A stretch of 64,000 bases of DNA from Catajapyx aquilonaris (taxonomy: Eukaryota). The stretch is from the NCBI GenBank assembly GCA_000934665.2, contig KZ538182.1, forward strand, positions 1-64,000, in the 5' to 3' direction. Position numbers and translations under genes: made by a program. Positions 49,067 to 61,867 of this stretch are shown piece after piece. Numbering within the stretch: the first letter of the stretch is position 1; each line of letters begins with the position of its first letter. Under the pieces are notes generated by a model, which was not told the origin of the DNA, ran no database searches, and saw only the letters and a program-made list of their open reading frames with translations.

Positions 49067-50202
49067 TAGAGATGTCATGTACAGTTTTGCGTTTTTTTTT
49101 TTTTTGAAATGTATTTTGGACTAGGGTCATATTTGGGTGTACGGTACATCGAGTAAGTGCGAGTATGATCCGAACAATTGAAATTTTGAGGGCTGTTTCC
49201 TCAGCCAGCCGGATAAGAGTGATTGGCCTTTATTATTATGTCACTTATTTTTGGAACGAGCGGATTGCATTATTCTATATACCCAGCATATGATGCAAAA
49301 TAAGAGCCCTACTTTGCGAAGGAAAAAAAAGCATGTCATCCGTACCATTCAAAGGTCGGGCTGTGAGACAACCCTGCCCTTTTAGAGGTCGCGACCTCAA
49401 TTTTCGTTATTATTACACACAAAATGGGAGTGCTTGGCCCCCTTTGAATCCATTTCGAGTAAAAGTTTTTCAATTTGGAATTCCCCCCTCCAGCCAGCCT
49501 GCCCCCAGTGCAACGTTGCAGGCCGACAAAAAGAGATGTGAGAGTGAAATTTTCTGCCCACCCCACTTGGAATTGCGCAAGTGCACGTTTAGTACACTGC
49601 GTAAACACTCCAATTACTCGGGCTTTATTATTGTGTTCCAGCCTGATGACCCCGTTTGCATTATATGCTGTAATGCAGGGGATTTAGCATAGGGAAAGAC
49701 ACGCGGTTTATACAAGCTCGGATTTGCCTCCGTCCGTTTATAACAGCAATAATAATTATAATACGTATTGTGTGTGTCCCATTAATTTATGGGGATTTGG
49801 GAAATTAGTACAAGCTCAACCATGCATGTAAATAAGCATTCCACACATTACACCACTTTTCATTACCAAGATGTCGATTAATTATCGCGGGTTTAAAAGT
49901 CACTTTCAAATTGGCGGGGGAAAAGGGGGCGTGGCCTAAAGGGCGCGTTCTGACTCCTGCCTATTGCGTCAGCAGACCGCTGCACCTGATTTACTGGCCT
50001 GGGAATGGGCGCTTTCATAAAATAAAATTTGAAATGCAGGGGAAAAAAGTCGTCTTTATGACTGTCCAATACATAATTATTTGTACTTCCAGAGAGATGG
50101 ATTTAACATACGTATACATTTGGCAAGAAAATAGTTTGCGACGTGGAAACGTCTTCGTTGCTTTTGATTTTTGGCATCATCCAAAGAGCGTGCTACGACT
50201 AG

Positions 50203-53200
50203 TTAAAAGTGCGGCCTCCTGCACCAGTTCTCCATGCATGAAAGTGTCGGCTGGAGAGAGAAAAAAGAAATGAACGGGACATGTTAAATCACGGTTGAAT
50301 GAGCAGCATCTAATCGAATAATAAGTGAGAGGGGGATTCACCTCCATGTTGACGTGTGTCCACCAGCACAAGTGTGCCTCCCATGCCGCCTGGCACTTGT
50401 CCCCATTGGCGCCGTGCTTGTGGACAGCCTTCTCCTCCAGGCACCTGTCCAATGCGGCCATCTTGACCCGACTCACCTCGTCCCATCGGGACATGGTCCT
50501 TGAAATGAAATGCTTGAACCGATCCTTGTTGATGTAACCGTGACCACCCATCTGCAAATATGCCCGGTTTAATACAATGCCACGAGAAATTAATGCGCAC
50601 AATATACTGACCAGTCCCAGCTCGGACCAGACGCAGTGGGACCAACACTGCAAAGAAATATCGCGTATAAGTCATGGCTGCATGCTTCGACCCCCTTATC
50701 CTCCTGAGACCCCTGGTACAGTATACTGTACCTTGGTTTTTGTTTGTTTTTGAATGGAAAAACAAAGGTACAGTATACTGTACCAGGGGTCTCAGGAGGC
50801 TATGTCAGCAGCCAACTCAACTGACCTTCTTGGCTCCCGGCATCTCCCAGTCGTCCACTTCCTGGTCGGAGAAGCAGCCTCCGTTCTTCTGGGACTGGTC
50901 CTTCAGACGCAGCCAGAAGGGAGGCTCCATGCGCTTGCGCTCGCAGCACTTCAGGTAGGCCATCTGAACTCCGCGGTTCTCAACCACGCACGACTGAAAT
51001 CGATGGCAATGAGGATTCAAATACAAACAACAATGGACCCACTTTATATGGTATGAGTTGGGTACTTGTGGCGCCACGAGCCACTGGGGGCAAAATAGCG
51101 AATTCGCTCTTTTTGTCGCCAACGGTTCGTGGCGCCACCAGTACGACATCATTAATTCCCAGCACTAGTGTACATACCAGCCTGGCCTTGGAAGAGAACT
51201 TGCACTCGCAGTCCGGATCGTCCCTATTGTTGTTGCCTCCACCTGTTGGAAAAATGTCGTCGCGTCATTTTAACAATTGGGTTCATTGTTGCCCTATAGT
51301 CGAGAAGTGGAAATATGTCGCGGATATTGCCGACTTCATTCTCTTTCTCGGCCTGATCCGCCGTACTTTTCAAGTACTTAGGCCGTTCACTATATGGTAT
51401 GAACCTAGCAGAGGTCAGAGGTAGTTGCGGTTACGTGGCTTCCGAATTGCTTCATCTCAAAACCGCCATATCTCAAGGCCGCATTCTTCCTGCTTTGATT
51501 ATTCTGCTCGATTAATACTCTATTATTACATACAAGCCTCGTTACAGGTTTATTAGAAGCATCTCTATGCACCTATATGCTGCATTGGGATCGAATTCAC
51601 GTGTTGCTTCAAACTGGTTGATGGAGAGAACAATCTTGGGCAGTGCACCACCCTGTATATACATTATCCGTAGCTAATATGACTTTTCCTGTCGTAAAAA
51701 AAATACCCGACGTAATTGGCATGGTCATCGTTCTGCGTCTCTTCCTCTCGTGCAGTGCTAAAAAAATCGCAAATGCAAAAAAAGAGAGACGCTTGATCCT
51801 GAAGGCCATGAACTTTTTGGTGACGACAATTGTGGCATTCAGGTAACCTGCGCAAGGGCACGTCCACTGATTTATTAAGTTTGGCGTCTTTGTATTATTT
51901 GCCTTCTTTGACGCAATTCGTGTTGCCAAATATCCTGCGTAATTTCCGCATGTTTATGCCAACACTTGCTGATCTAAAAGATAGTTCCAGGGGGGTTCGA
52001 CTTCCGCGGTGTCGATCTAGTTTAACCAATTTAAAACAAAGCAAGAAAACAATCTGGATAGTAATTAAGTGTTGCGAAGTACTAAATGCGTGCCATGCGT
52101 CACGCGTCGTGATCAAGTACAGAGAGACACTTCTTGCTGAGCACGACATACGTACGCACTGGAGCGTGATGTAACGACCGCAAGTGAATGAGATGCTTTT
52201 TTTAAAAAAAATACATTAATTGGCAAGAAAAAGTCCTGAGAAGCCACGTCACGTCAGGGGGAATTCCTCTGGACGCGTGCTAACACGTCATATATAGTCA
52301 TCAGGTGTGTGTGTGCAAAGGTCAACGCTGTCCTCACATCCTCGACTCTCACCTGTTCCACCATTCTGCAAGAGAGAGAGAAAAAAATGAAAAGTTTTGC
52401 ATAAGTGACAGCGTCATACAGCAGCAGGTGACATGTCACGAGCGGATGTCGCAGCGAATTGGGGTGACACACTATCAATGGAGGTCAATATCAGTAGGTT
52501 GATAGCCAATCCAGCCAGAATATGTTACCTAACGTAACAATCATAACCCGATCAAAAATGTTGGAGAATCTAAGCCAATGTAAATCATCATCCCAACAAG
52601 AGCGTGATTCGAGTATCCTTTTTTCTCATTGGGCAGCGGAAAATGAGACCGCGACCATGTTGTTATGAATACGATGCGATTCTAACCCTGGACAACAATG
52701 GCATAGAATGTTGTCGGTGTCATTTTCCAAATTTATATGGTGTACATTTGACCTTGGCGGATATATAGCGAACCCGGATATCCGGAAGTGGCCTGTCGCC
52801 GGAAACATATTTACTGTAGGGTCGGCTGAATCCGAATCCGAAAACCGTCTGTCGGTATCTCCTGCGGTTTAGTATAGGGCCTGACACCTGTCCACGGACA
52901 GACGGACATAGCCGTTAGAACTATAAGATTTTTAATGAGAAAAAGTCTTTATTATTTTCATTGCTCCGAATTTTAGTCACGTTCTGACGTTTTGGCTTTT
53001 TTCCCCCCCTTTGACAATGTAACGAAAGTGCAAAGAGAAAAACTACATGAGACGACCAGAGAGCTTCCGTTAAGACGAAAGATTGAGACCCCGCACATTA
53101 TACGGTATCGTCATGCAATGGACGTGCGGACGAAACGTGTGTGTCAGATTGGAGCGAAAGTGTACGTGCCCCGATAATGACACCCACCCACGCCATCACA

Positions 53201-53831
53201 TGACATTGCGATAATATAATCCACGCAATGCACTTGAAACACTTTCCCCAGCATGTGCGGGTCATGCCTCACATATACAGTCAACAACAACAATAGTACG
53301 TGTGTGATTGATTGGAGCAGTTTACACAGCATTGGCCTCTCACAAGCATGCGCAATTAATATCTCTCTCTATACCACAGTCTGGATACATGCATGTAATT
53401 GGATTGCATTGTTGGTTGCCAGATGTGCCAACTCAGCCGAGTTCCAATAATCTGCTGTAGTTGGCCCAACTGGCAACCAACAATGCGGTATAAATCAGAA
53501 AGTTTGTCCGTATGTCCGGGCTACCTGTCAGACTATTGAGAGAGCTGAAACTTTGTCTTATAAGTATATTTATCAAACCATCAGGTGCGAAGCTGCATAG
53601 TTCGTGTCCAATATATGAGCGTGTGTTTACCTGGTCCTGAAGAGATCCCCATTGTTGCAGCTGCTGAGGAGACCAGTCCCTTCCGTATTGTTGAGGCTGC
53701 TCCGGCTGCCATCTCCTCCACTCCTGATGCTGATGCTGCTGGCCCCTGTAGCCCTGGACGCCCTGCTGTTGGACCAACAGGAGGACCAAGACCAGCACAG
53801 AGCAGATGATGGCCTTATTGTTGGCGATCAT
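50203..53831 (-). CDS. OBP-like secreted Cys-rich protein 5 with Gln/Trp-rich N-terminal extension. Exons 53831-53631, 52365-52353, 51242-51178, 50993-50826, 50647-50612, 50551-50342, 50250-50203 (246 aa)
   Basis: MIANNKAIICSVLVLVLLLVQQQGVQG; DCECKFSSKARL|SCV...KCCERK...GCFSDQEVDDWE...|CWSHCVWSELGL|MGGHG...DRCL...KCQAAWEAHLC...|SCMENWC; TATATTTAAA on the minus strand at 53917-53908. Confidence 0.85.
50700..50799. repeat. Perfect 34-bp-arm hairpin (mini-MITE) inside an intron of OBP-like gene 5
   Basis: CCTCCTGAGACCCCTGGTACAGTATACTGTACCT ... AGGTACAGTATACTGTACCAGGGGTCTCAGGAGG. Confidence 0.85.
52820..52929 (-). mobile_element. Short dispersed repeat, DINE-1/Helentron-like (copy 2)
   Basis: Reverse complement of the 25029 and 61868 copies (GAATCCGAAAACCGT...TGTCCACGGACAGACGGACA...CCGTT...TATAAGA). 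Confidence 0.6.
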
Positions 53832-55518
53832 CGTCGTATTGTTGACAGATGCTGATCCGGTGAGTCTGTCTGGATGACTGAGTAGATCGGGGCTGGTGCT
53901 CGGATCATTTAAATATATCCGCCGGCCAATCCCATCTGCATATCAAGTATAGACGCCGGGAAAAACCACCACCACCACCACCTCCTCCTCCTCCCCTACC
54001 CACCCACCCTGGCAACCTTCCACCTCCTCAAGCAAGCAGAAGTTAACACGGAGGAAGTCATGTCCTCCCTATACCACAAGCCCCGATAAAGACGTTGATT
54101 AGCTTGAATATATTATCAATGCAAACATTGGTCCCAACCGCGCATACCTTACGTAAAACAAAAACAAATATAAATCGTGTGCGTAACTCCTGTTGAACTT
54201 GCTCAAGGACAAGCCAATAAGAGTACGTTTCAGCAAGACGTTCTCCTGGGGGATTTTAGACCGGTTTTTCTCAGGTTAAAAGTTCATCCATGAACGTGTC
54301 ATGCTCTGATGCTGATGCTTCGGAAGGAATCCGAGATTCGCCAATTTATTGCACCTGAAAGTACGGGTAGGTTAGGTTAGATTATCAGATGGCTCTGATG
54401 CGATCTGGAGAAGCGACATATATCCAATGTCCAACAATGAAAACGATGCGGAATGTACAAAACAATGCGTTTAATGCAAACTATTACACACTGATAATAA
54501 TAATATTATGATCTCTCTCTTTCCCATGCTGTATAGTTTTTAAAAAAGGCCTCATCACACTCCAGTGGTGTTATTGGCCATCCTGCTGGTCACATGATCC
54601 AGATCAGCCAATGGCTGCTGCCTGATTCGTGCCACCAGCAGACAAATGGAGCCTTTTACACACATCCCCTTGTATAAACAGGACTCGCTCTAGGAATAAT
54701 GTAGCAAACACTGAGAGAAACATGCATGATTTCCATGACACAAGGATTAATTATGTCGGTGCAGTACTTGCAGGTGTACTTGCCAACATAATTAAACCTT
54801 GTTCGGGTAGAGTAATTATTTTTTTCTCTCTACTTCTCAACATTGGTAACGCTGTTGAGCCCACCATCCAAAAAAGTGGATCGGGTCCAGACCGGGTCCG
54901 CCTATTCGGGTTCGGTGTAAATGACCAATTCACGAAAATTCCACGATTGTGCTACGCATTGTTGACTCTGCAATTGGTGACAACTATGAAAAGCACGACC
55001 CCATCGCGGAATCTTCGTGCTGCATTGTGAATGTGGCCTTCGTGCGACCTCTAATGCATCGTTTAAAAAGGGCTGCAACTATACTTTATACACTATACCC
55101 TCTGTATACAAAAAAATAATAATGAGATAACTGCTGGGCAACAATGGCGGCCAACAAATTGAACTACCACATGATGATGATTTTTGCATGTATTGCACTG
55201 AGTAGACGCTTACAATATACGCACTTGGTAAATGCGTCAATCAGGTGCGTTTATCAGGTTATTGCTTAAAAATTGGCACACTTGTATTATATGCATATGG
55301 TAATTTGAGGCTGACCATTGCTGATGGATGGGGGTCGACAACAATTGGGAAGGTTTTTTACACAATAATGAGGGATGGTAAGGGGAATTAAATAATGCGC
55401 GGTTTGTATAGAGGGGTAAAAAAGAATGATAAGGACTAGCAAAATTGGTGCTGTGTTGGCCAGCATCACCAGCATCCCTGCTGCATTGTTGGCTTATTCC
55501 TCTCCGGCCGATTGTTGG

Positions 55519-58500
55519 TTAGGCCAGGGCCAGATGCCGGTGCCACTCGCACCAGGACTCCATGCACAGCTGCGTAGGCTGCAAAAGCACACACACATCA
55601 GGTTGCATAACAAAACAGTCGTGCCCAACCTACATTACATGATAATAATCACCGATGGGCAAAATAATGGCCGACAGACCACCACCTGCAATTTTTGCAT
55701 GAGAAAAAGACAAATTTCCCTGGAATTGAGGGAGGTAATGGTAAGCTGCTGGTGCAAATGTGGTCTTATCGTGACGTCGTCTCAACACTGGCTGATGTGT
55801 TGCAATGGAAGGTGAGGCGTGACGACATGCGCGTGATATTATGCACACCGGACGGGTAATATTTCTGTCACGATTTCGGCGGACTCGATTCGCGGAAAGG
55901 AAGTTTGGGTCACTCCCAGCAAGCCGGACAAGTGTGCGCAATATGCAAAACACTATGCAAAGATTGGTCCAGCAGTTTAACCTCCACTCCGATGAGTGAT
56001 GAAATATTTGCACAAAAATTCATCGGAAATTCCCGTCCTTAATTATTATGATGAATAGCCTCTCTATAGACCGGAACTTTGGTTTACTCATACTTCAAAA
56101 ACTGCGGCAATGGGACCGTTTACACGGCACTGCCAAGTAGTGAACTAGACCAGATACGTACTCGATCCACTTCATTTGGTTGATATACAGTAGATGAATT
56201 TTGTATTAGCGCAACCGGGTGCGCAACACAGTTTGCGCAACTTGCAGTGTTTATCAGTGATAACTGATCCTGCATATACACTGTTGGATGGCCATTTTTG
56301 GCAACACTGCTCGAAGTGGACAGGGTCCGGAACGGGTCCAGTTTCTGGGCTATAACAAGAGTAGAGGAAGAACTGGAGAAGTACTGACCTCGGCCCAGAC
56401 CTTTTCCCACCAGCAGAAGTGAGCGTTCCAGGCAGCTTCGCAGGGGCCTGCCAGGGGGAAAGAAATAAGAAAAAACCGAGTAGTGTCAGTGTACAGGGTG
56501 TGTGAAAAGGTGGCTGACCTCTGTCGTAGTGGACTGTGGCGTTGGCCGAGAGACAGTCGATCAGCTTGTGTCGAAGGGGCAGCGAGAAGTAGAGCCCGTT
56601 GCCCTCCAGCTGCGACTCCACGAATCGGACGAATGCGCCTTGCTTCACCTCACCACTCTTGGACAGCTGAGGAGGAGGAGACAATCATTTCACAAGGATA
56701 ATCATAATGATAAATAATCAGGACTCGATCAAACTCACCAAGTCCAGCTTCCTCCAGACGCAGACAGACCAGCACTGGACAATGGTCGAGGGGAAGAGAA
56801 GCCATGAATATAGTATATACCAGGAAGATGAGCCAACCGAACCGGATCCGGAACCGGCCCACTGCAGCGAGCGCGGCTCCGTTGTGCTGCGCGAATGTGG
56901 GTGCGCACTCGGTGCTGTGGGCCGGTTCTCGGATCTGTGTATCATACTGACCACGTCCTGCGAGAGGGTCTCCCAGTCGTCGACCTCGTCGTCTGAGAAG
57001 CAGGATCCGAAGGGCAGCAAGGGATGCCTCTCCCTCATCCAGAATGGGAGAGAGATGCCCTTCCTGCGGGAACACGACGCGAACACCTCCAGGACGTGGA
57101 AGTCCTCCATTATGCAGCTCTGTATGTTGGGGGGTCACGGGGTCACACACACACACACACACAGGGCATGGGAGGCAACAATTAAAAGCACGTCGACATG
57201 TCACATGTCGTGTTAATGTTTGAGGGAAACACATTTGAATGTGGCCATCGAGAGTAGCCAAAGTGACTATACAGGGTGGTCCAAGTTCAAGTGTCGTTTT
57301 ATAACGGCGATTAATATCAGTGATTTTGCGATGACGTAGCAGCGACGCGTAAAATGTCCCACTTCGGCGCATCTTCGGCGCAATCTAAGTGGGCAATTTT
57401 ACACGTCGCTGCTACGCCATCGTTAAGCGCTTCTATTAATCGCCGTTATAAAACGACACTTGAACTTGGACCACCCTGTATATAAAAGCAAATAAGCCCT
57501 CGGTTCGCCCGATACGATTTTAATATTATAGATAAATGTAAATAAGTGGCGACTGACCCTTCTTGCTCTTGAGGAGTCGTCGCAGGCGCAGGAGGATGAG
57601 AAATCTGTCGGAAAGGGTGGTCGTCATTTTGGCCCATTTTTAGTGGAGGTCCGGATTGACCTGGTCGGGGTCGACCTCTGTATATAGCCCTTGGTGTGTG
57701 CAGGTACAGGGTACTTGCATCGTCGTGTAGGTACACGGGCATATCTCCCCCGCCCTTCTTACCCAGCCCACCATGCAGCCAACCGCATGCCCCAATTAAC
57801 TCCAGTTATTAACGCGATACCCTCCTAATTACTCTCGATTCCCCCACTCTATTATTATCCTTATTCTCTCCTTTTTTGGGCGGAATTGGACCAAAATTTA
57901 TTACTCCCTAGGTGAAAAGAAAAAGCGATGCTCCGTCTACAACAAAGAGGGCAGCCTATTCATTCGAGATGGACTGTGACGCAACAATAGAGCGGCAAAT
58001 TCGCACTAAATACGACTTGTAATTATTAACAGAACAAATGTGGAGCTATACGAAGAGGCATGCATATATGCAACAATGTGTGTAATCGCACGTGTGTGGG
58101 CGGGTAGACATGTTCGACGAGTACACGATTTGCACGTGCGAATCATTAGACCGTACGTAACAAGGTCGCGGTGTTACATTATTTTATTGCCGATACATCA
58201 CTCGCCATGATGTGCATTATAGGTCATCCAAGCGCATCGGAGTGTCTCGCAGCAGGTCACACGGTATACCTTTTGACAAAGCCGGAAGCAACTCGCGAGC
58301 ATATCACATTATAACCAGAGCCAGTTTTTGCAGTCTACTGGGCACCTTCTCAGATTCTTATCCAATCAAATAGATATTATATGCTCGGATTATTTAAAAG
58401 TAGGCCATCAACAGAGAAAGAACCTGGCTGCAGATCAGACGATCCACATTCCTATACCCCTTCCGATCACATGTGACGTTCTCAACCTGCGATGCCAGCA

Positions 58501-60286
58501 CCTTTCCGCATTTGCATATGTACAGTTGAAGACCCAATTGCTTCAGATAAGGGGCCTAAAGGTCACCAGGTCGTCCTGGCGTCCTTAGCAAGAGAAAAAA
58601 AAGCCGCGCATCTATACAGTCGTTGCAGAAACAGAGGGGCAGAAATTGCAACAATCATTTTTTTTTTGCATAATCAGGACTCGAAGTTATAAGCAGAAAT
58701 CAGTAGTAAAACTTGGGGAGGAAAGTTATCTGTCTGTTTAAAAAGCAGGAAAGTAACGGTGTTCCGATCCAGTCCATTTCCGGCATTTTTACAACATCAC
58801 TTCTAGTCAGATGTATTATAACAACTAGTGGATCGGAAGCAGTGTTGCCATGGCCACTCCAAAAATGAACATCCGCGGTCATTCCGTGGGAAATATAACA
58901 ACAACAAGAGCCAGCAATTAAATAAGGGAGAAAGGATCGTAAAAATGTACTGGAGAAAAATGCGAATGAAAAGAAAAGGGGTATCGCAAAAGAGGTGATT
59001 GGCAGGCAAGGACGGTCGCCTCTCGTTATTTCGATGCCATTGTTTATATACACACGACACGCTGTACTTACACTTTACACGACCTGCTTGCTCCAGTGCG
59101 CGTGCACTACACTAATCACTCCTAATTGCTGCATATTGCGACACTTGTTATACAGGTCGTTTCGAAACTAGACGTTTGTTTAACATAATATTGACTGTAA
59201 CATGCACCATTATGAAATGTAACCAGCCATTAACTCTATCCCGAGAGGAAATATGAAATAAATGCAATTGCACATTGTCATATAGGAATTCTGATGGTAC
59301 TGGTATACTGTCTTAATGAGACATCCATTTTGCGTGATTTTTCTCTAATTTTTGCTCGTACAATGGGAGACATTAATAGGTTTACTCGGAAATATTCCGT
59401 TAATTTGTCTCCTGAAAACCAGACCCTGGAAATGCCTATAAACTTATAGTTTGGCGCCTATGCTGCATAATACATTGATTTTACAATCGTTTGAAGCCTA
59501 TACCTTGCATTCCTATCTCGTCAATGCCAAAAATCTCGTATTTATGGATTTCGGGTATTACGCATAATAAATAATTGTTATCTTTGCATTTATGCAACGG
59601 GGCTCGACTCTCGTAGATTTCAATGCTTACTATATAGTGGCCACTCACATCAACAACCCCCCAACCCTTTTGTAGGTACATTTTATTACTCGAAATTATA
59701 TAGGGGACCATATAAAGAACTATTGCACTAAAAGTGCAAGTTTATACCCACTGGGAGGGGGTCAGCCCGGCAACAAAAATGGAGCACTTTCAATATTCAC
59801 AAATGTATAGCCCATGCAATGCCAACAAGATCACGGCCCATCCCTGAACCCACACTCTGACTGACCACTGTCCACTCCCATGCCGACTAATTAGTGGCAA
59901 CCTCATTTCCCTATTGGGCATTTTGTATTCGGCCCCGATTCAGCCATAAATAAATAAACAAATAAAGCGACCCCCACAAGGACCCCCCCGACCATGCCAC
60001 CACCACCACCCTCCAATAAAAATGGGCCCCTTTCGATCCGGAATATCCGTACCAGGAATCTGCGAGAAAGGTATAACAAAAAAAAATGGAATCAAGCAGT
60101 AGGTAAAGAGAACCGTTACCCTGCTTATTAAACGCTGGCCAGCACTCTTTCCAGGAAACATGCCAGCCCAGCTTTCTATCCGACTATTATTGTTCGCTAT
60201 CACAGCTGATTGCAACTTACCCTGGAGGAGGCCAGGGTGACCATGGTCCAGAGGAACACCAGGGTGGCCGTTGGGTTGGTCATCAT
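55519..60286 (-). CDS. OBP-like secreted 12-Cys protein 6. Exons 60286-60221, 60059-60053 (7-nt microexon), 57604-57558, 57119-56952, 56774-56739, 56666-56519, 56447-56389, 55578-55519 (~196 aa; further small N-terminal exons possible)
   Basis: MMTNPTATLVFLWTMVTLASS; SCACDDSSRARR|SCI...SCSRRK...SCFSDDEVDDWE...|CWSVCVWRKLDL|LSKSG...IDCL...|PCEAAWNAHFC...|LCMESWC; closest paralog of gene 5. Confidence 0.83.
57272..57478. mobile_element. Tc1/mariner-type foldback MITE with TA TSD, in an intron of OBP-like gene 6
   Basis: TA-CAGGGTGGTCCAAGTTCAAGTGTCGTTTTATAACGGCGATTAATA ... TATTAATCGCCGTTATAAAACGACACTTGAACTTGGACCACCCTG-TA. Confidence 0.92.
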
Positions 60287-61867
60287 CGTCGTCGTCAACT
60301 GAACTGGTCACTTCCCTACCTCAACCTTGTTTCTTCTGCTTCTTATTCTTTGAGAGGTTGGTTGGTTCCTTCCCCGGCCAATCTCCCGACTCGGAATGTC
60401 GGTCGAGCGAGCTCCGACACACACTCTTGTCCTTTTTCTTTTCGGTTTTTACACTCCCCCCCATCCACCCACCCACCCCTTCAACCGCCCCTTTCTCTCT
60501 CCTTCCCTCCCACCCTCTTACGGTACTTCCACCATGTGTGTGTGTGCACCCCTGCAAAGTAATGATTCGATATGGATGGCACGCACATTTCACCACCAAA
60601 AAGACCAGTTGGGAAACTAACCGGAAGGACCATCACTTTTGGCCATCAGGCGGACGACCACTGGTCGTGACCACAACCAACAACAACAGCAGCATCAGAG
60701 ACCGCAGGGGGTTTTCTCCTCTTTTCCTCCAAATTCCCCGGAGGTCATCCCCGTATTTATTTCCGGTTGAAACGATAGGTTGAAGGCCCTCTTGCTCCAC
60801 ACCAAATATTGGCACCATTAGCTGATAGATGATGCAACTATAGATACATTACACAGTCATGGAGGAGTCGATTGTTGTGTTTTGGGAACTATCGTAAAAG
60901 CACATAAATTCGACCAAAAAAAACCGGGTGTATCTGGGTTAAGGTGCTTTTCGTACAGTATACAAGCCCCAAATATTTTTCGACCGCAATGAAACGCAGC
61001 TCGGGCATGGCATTACATGCATCGTGTCGCAAAAAGTACGAAATGTTGGGTATACCCCCCAGCTGAATACATCCCCGACGCAATCGGCATGCATCGGAGT
61101 CAAGGATCGATCGCACGTGGCATATTTATCTATGCATCCAGCACATTTCTTGTTGGTTTGTTTGTTGCCTATAGCCCACGAGCAAGACCTTCGCATTGTG
61201 CGAAACCATCACAGTGTTGCACATGGGGTGTCGCAATTGGGCCTGTCATCCGCGGTTCCTTCCTCCGACTGCTGGACACCGACAAAAAATTTTAATCGAA
61301 GAAAATATCGAGGCGGCAGCGAGGATGGATAATAATGAAGGAAAAAAGCGGACGACAAAAATTGAGGTCAGGGTGAATCAACCATCCATGTTGTTATTAT
61401 TACTGCGCTCCCTCGCATATATAATAACAATGATGATTATGATTGCAGAATTATTATTATTATTATTCACCTCCTGGCCCCCATATGGCCCCTGCCAAAC
61501 CGACACGCGACCGCATTTCCTCTTCGTTATTCGTCCTTATTTTATTCCAGCCAGCAAAACTGCTCGATCCACACGATTTCTCCAGAAAGTTTTTCGACCG
61601 GTCAAGACGTATACATACTAGTGACAAAATATCCAGGGGATTGACCTGTGGTTGACAGCTATAGGTCCAAGGAATGCCAGCTTGCGTCACTCGTATACAA
61701 GAATTCTGTTGGCATCTTTTGTTGACACACCTTGTGGCACAATTAGCTGATCTATTTGTGCGGTGTGGTCAACAAAGAACAAATGGCACAATACATTATA
61801 TTCCAAACTCTTGTACCAAGTGCCGAATGGGTTGGGACTATTTTAGCCTCTTTTCTCACTTAAAACG

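Noticed and set aside
51600..52180. Transposase remnant in an intron of OBP-like gene 5
   Set aside because: Short ORFs only; no DDE, RT or zinc-finger motif recognised.
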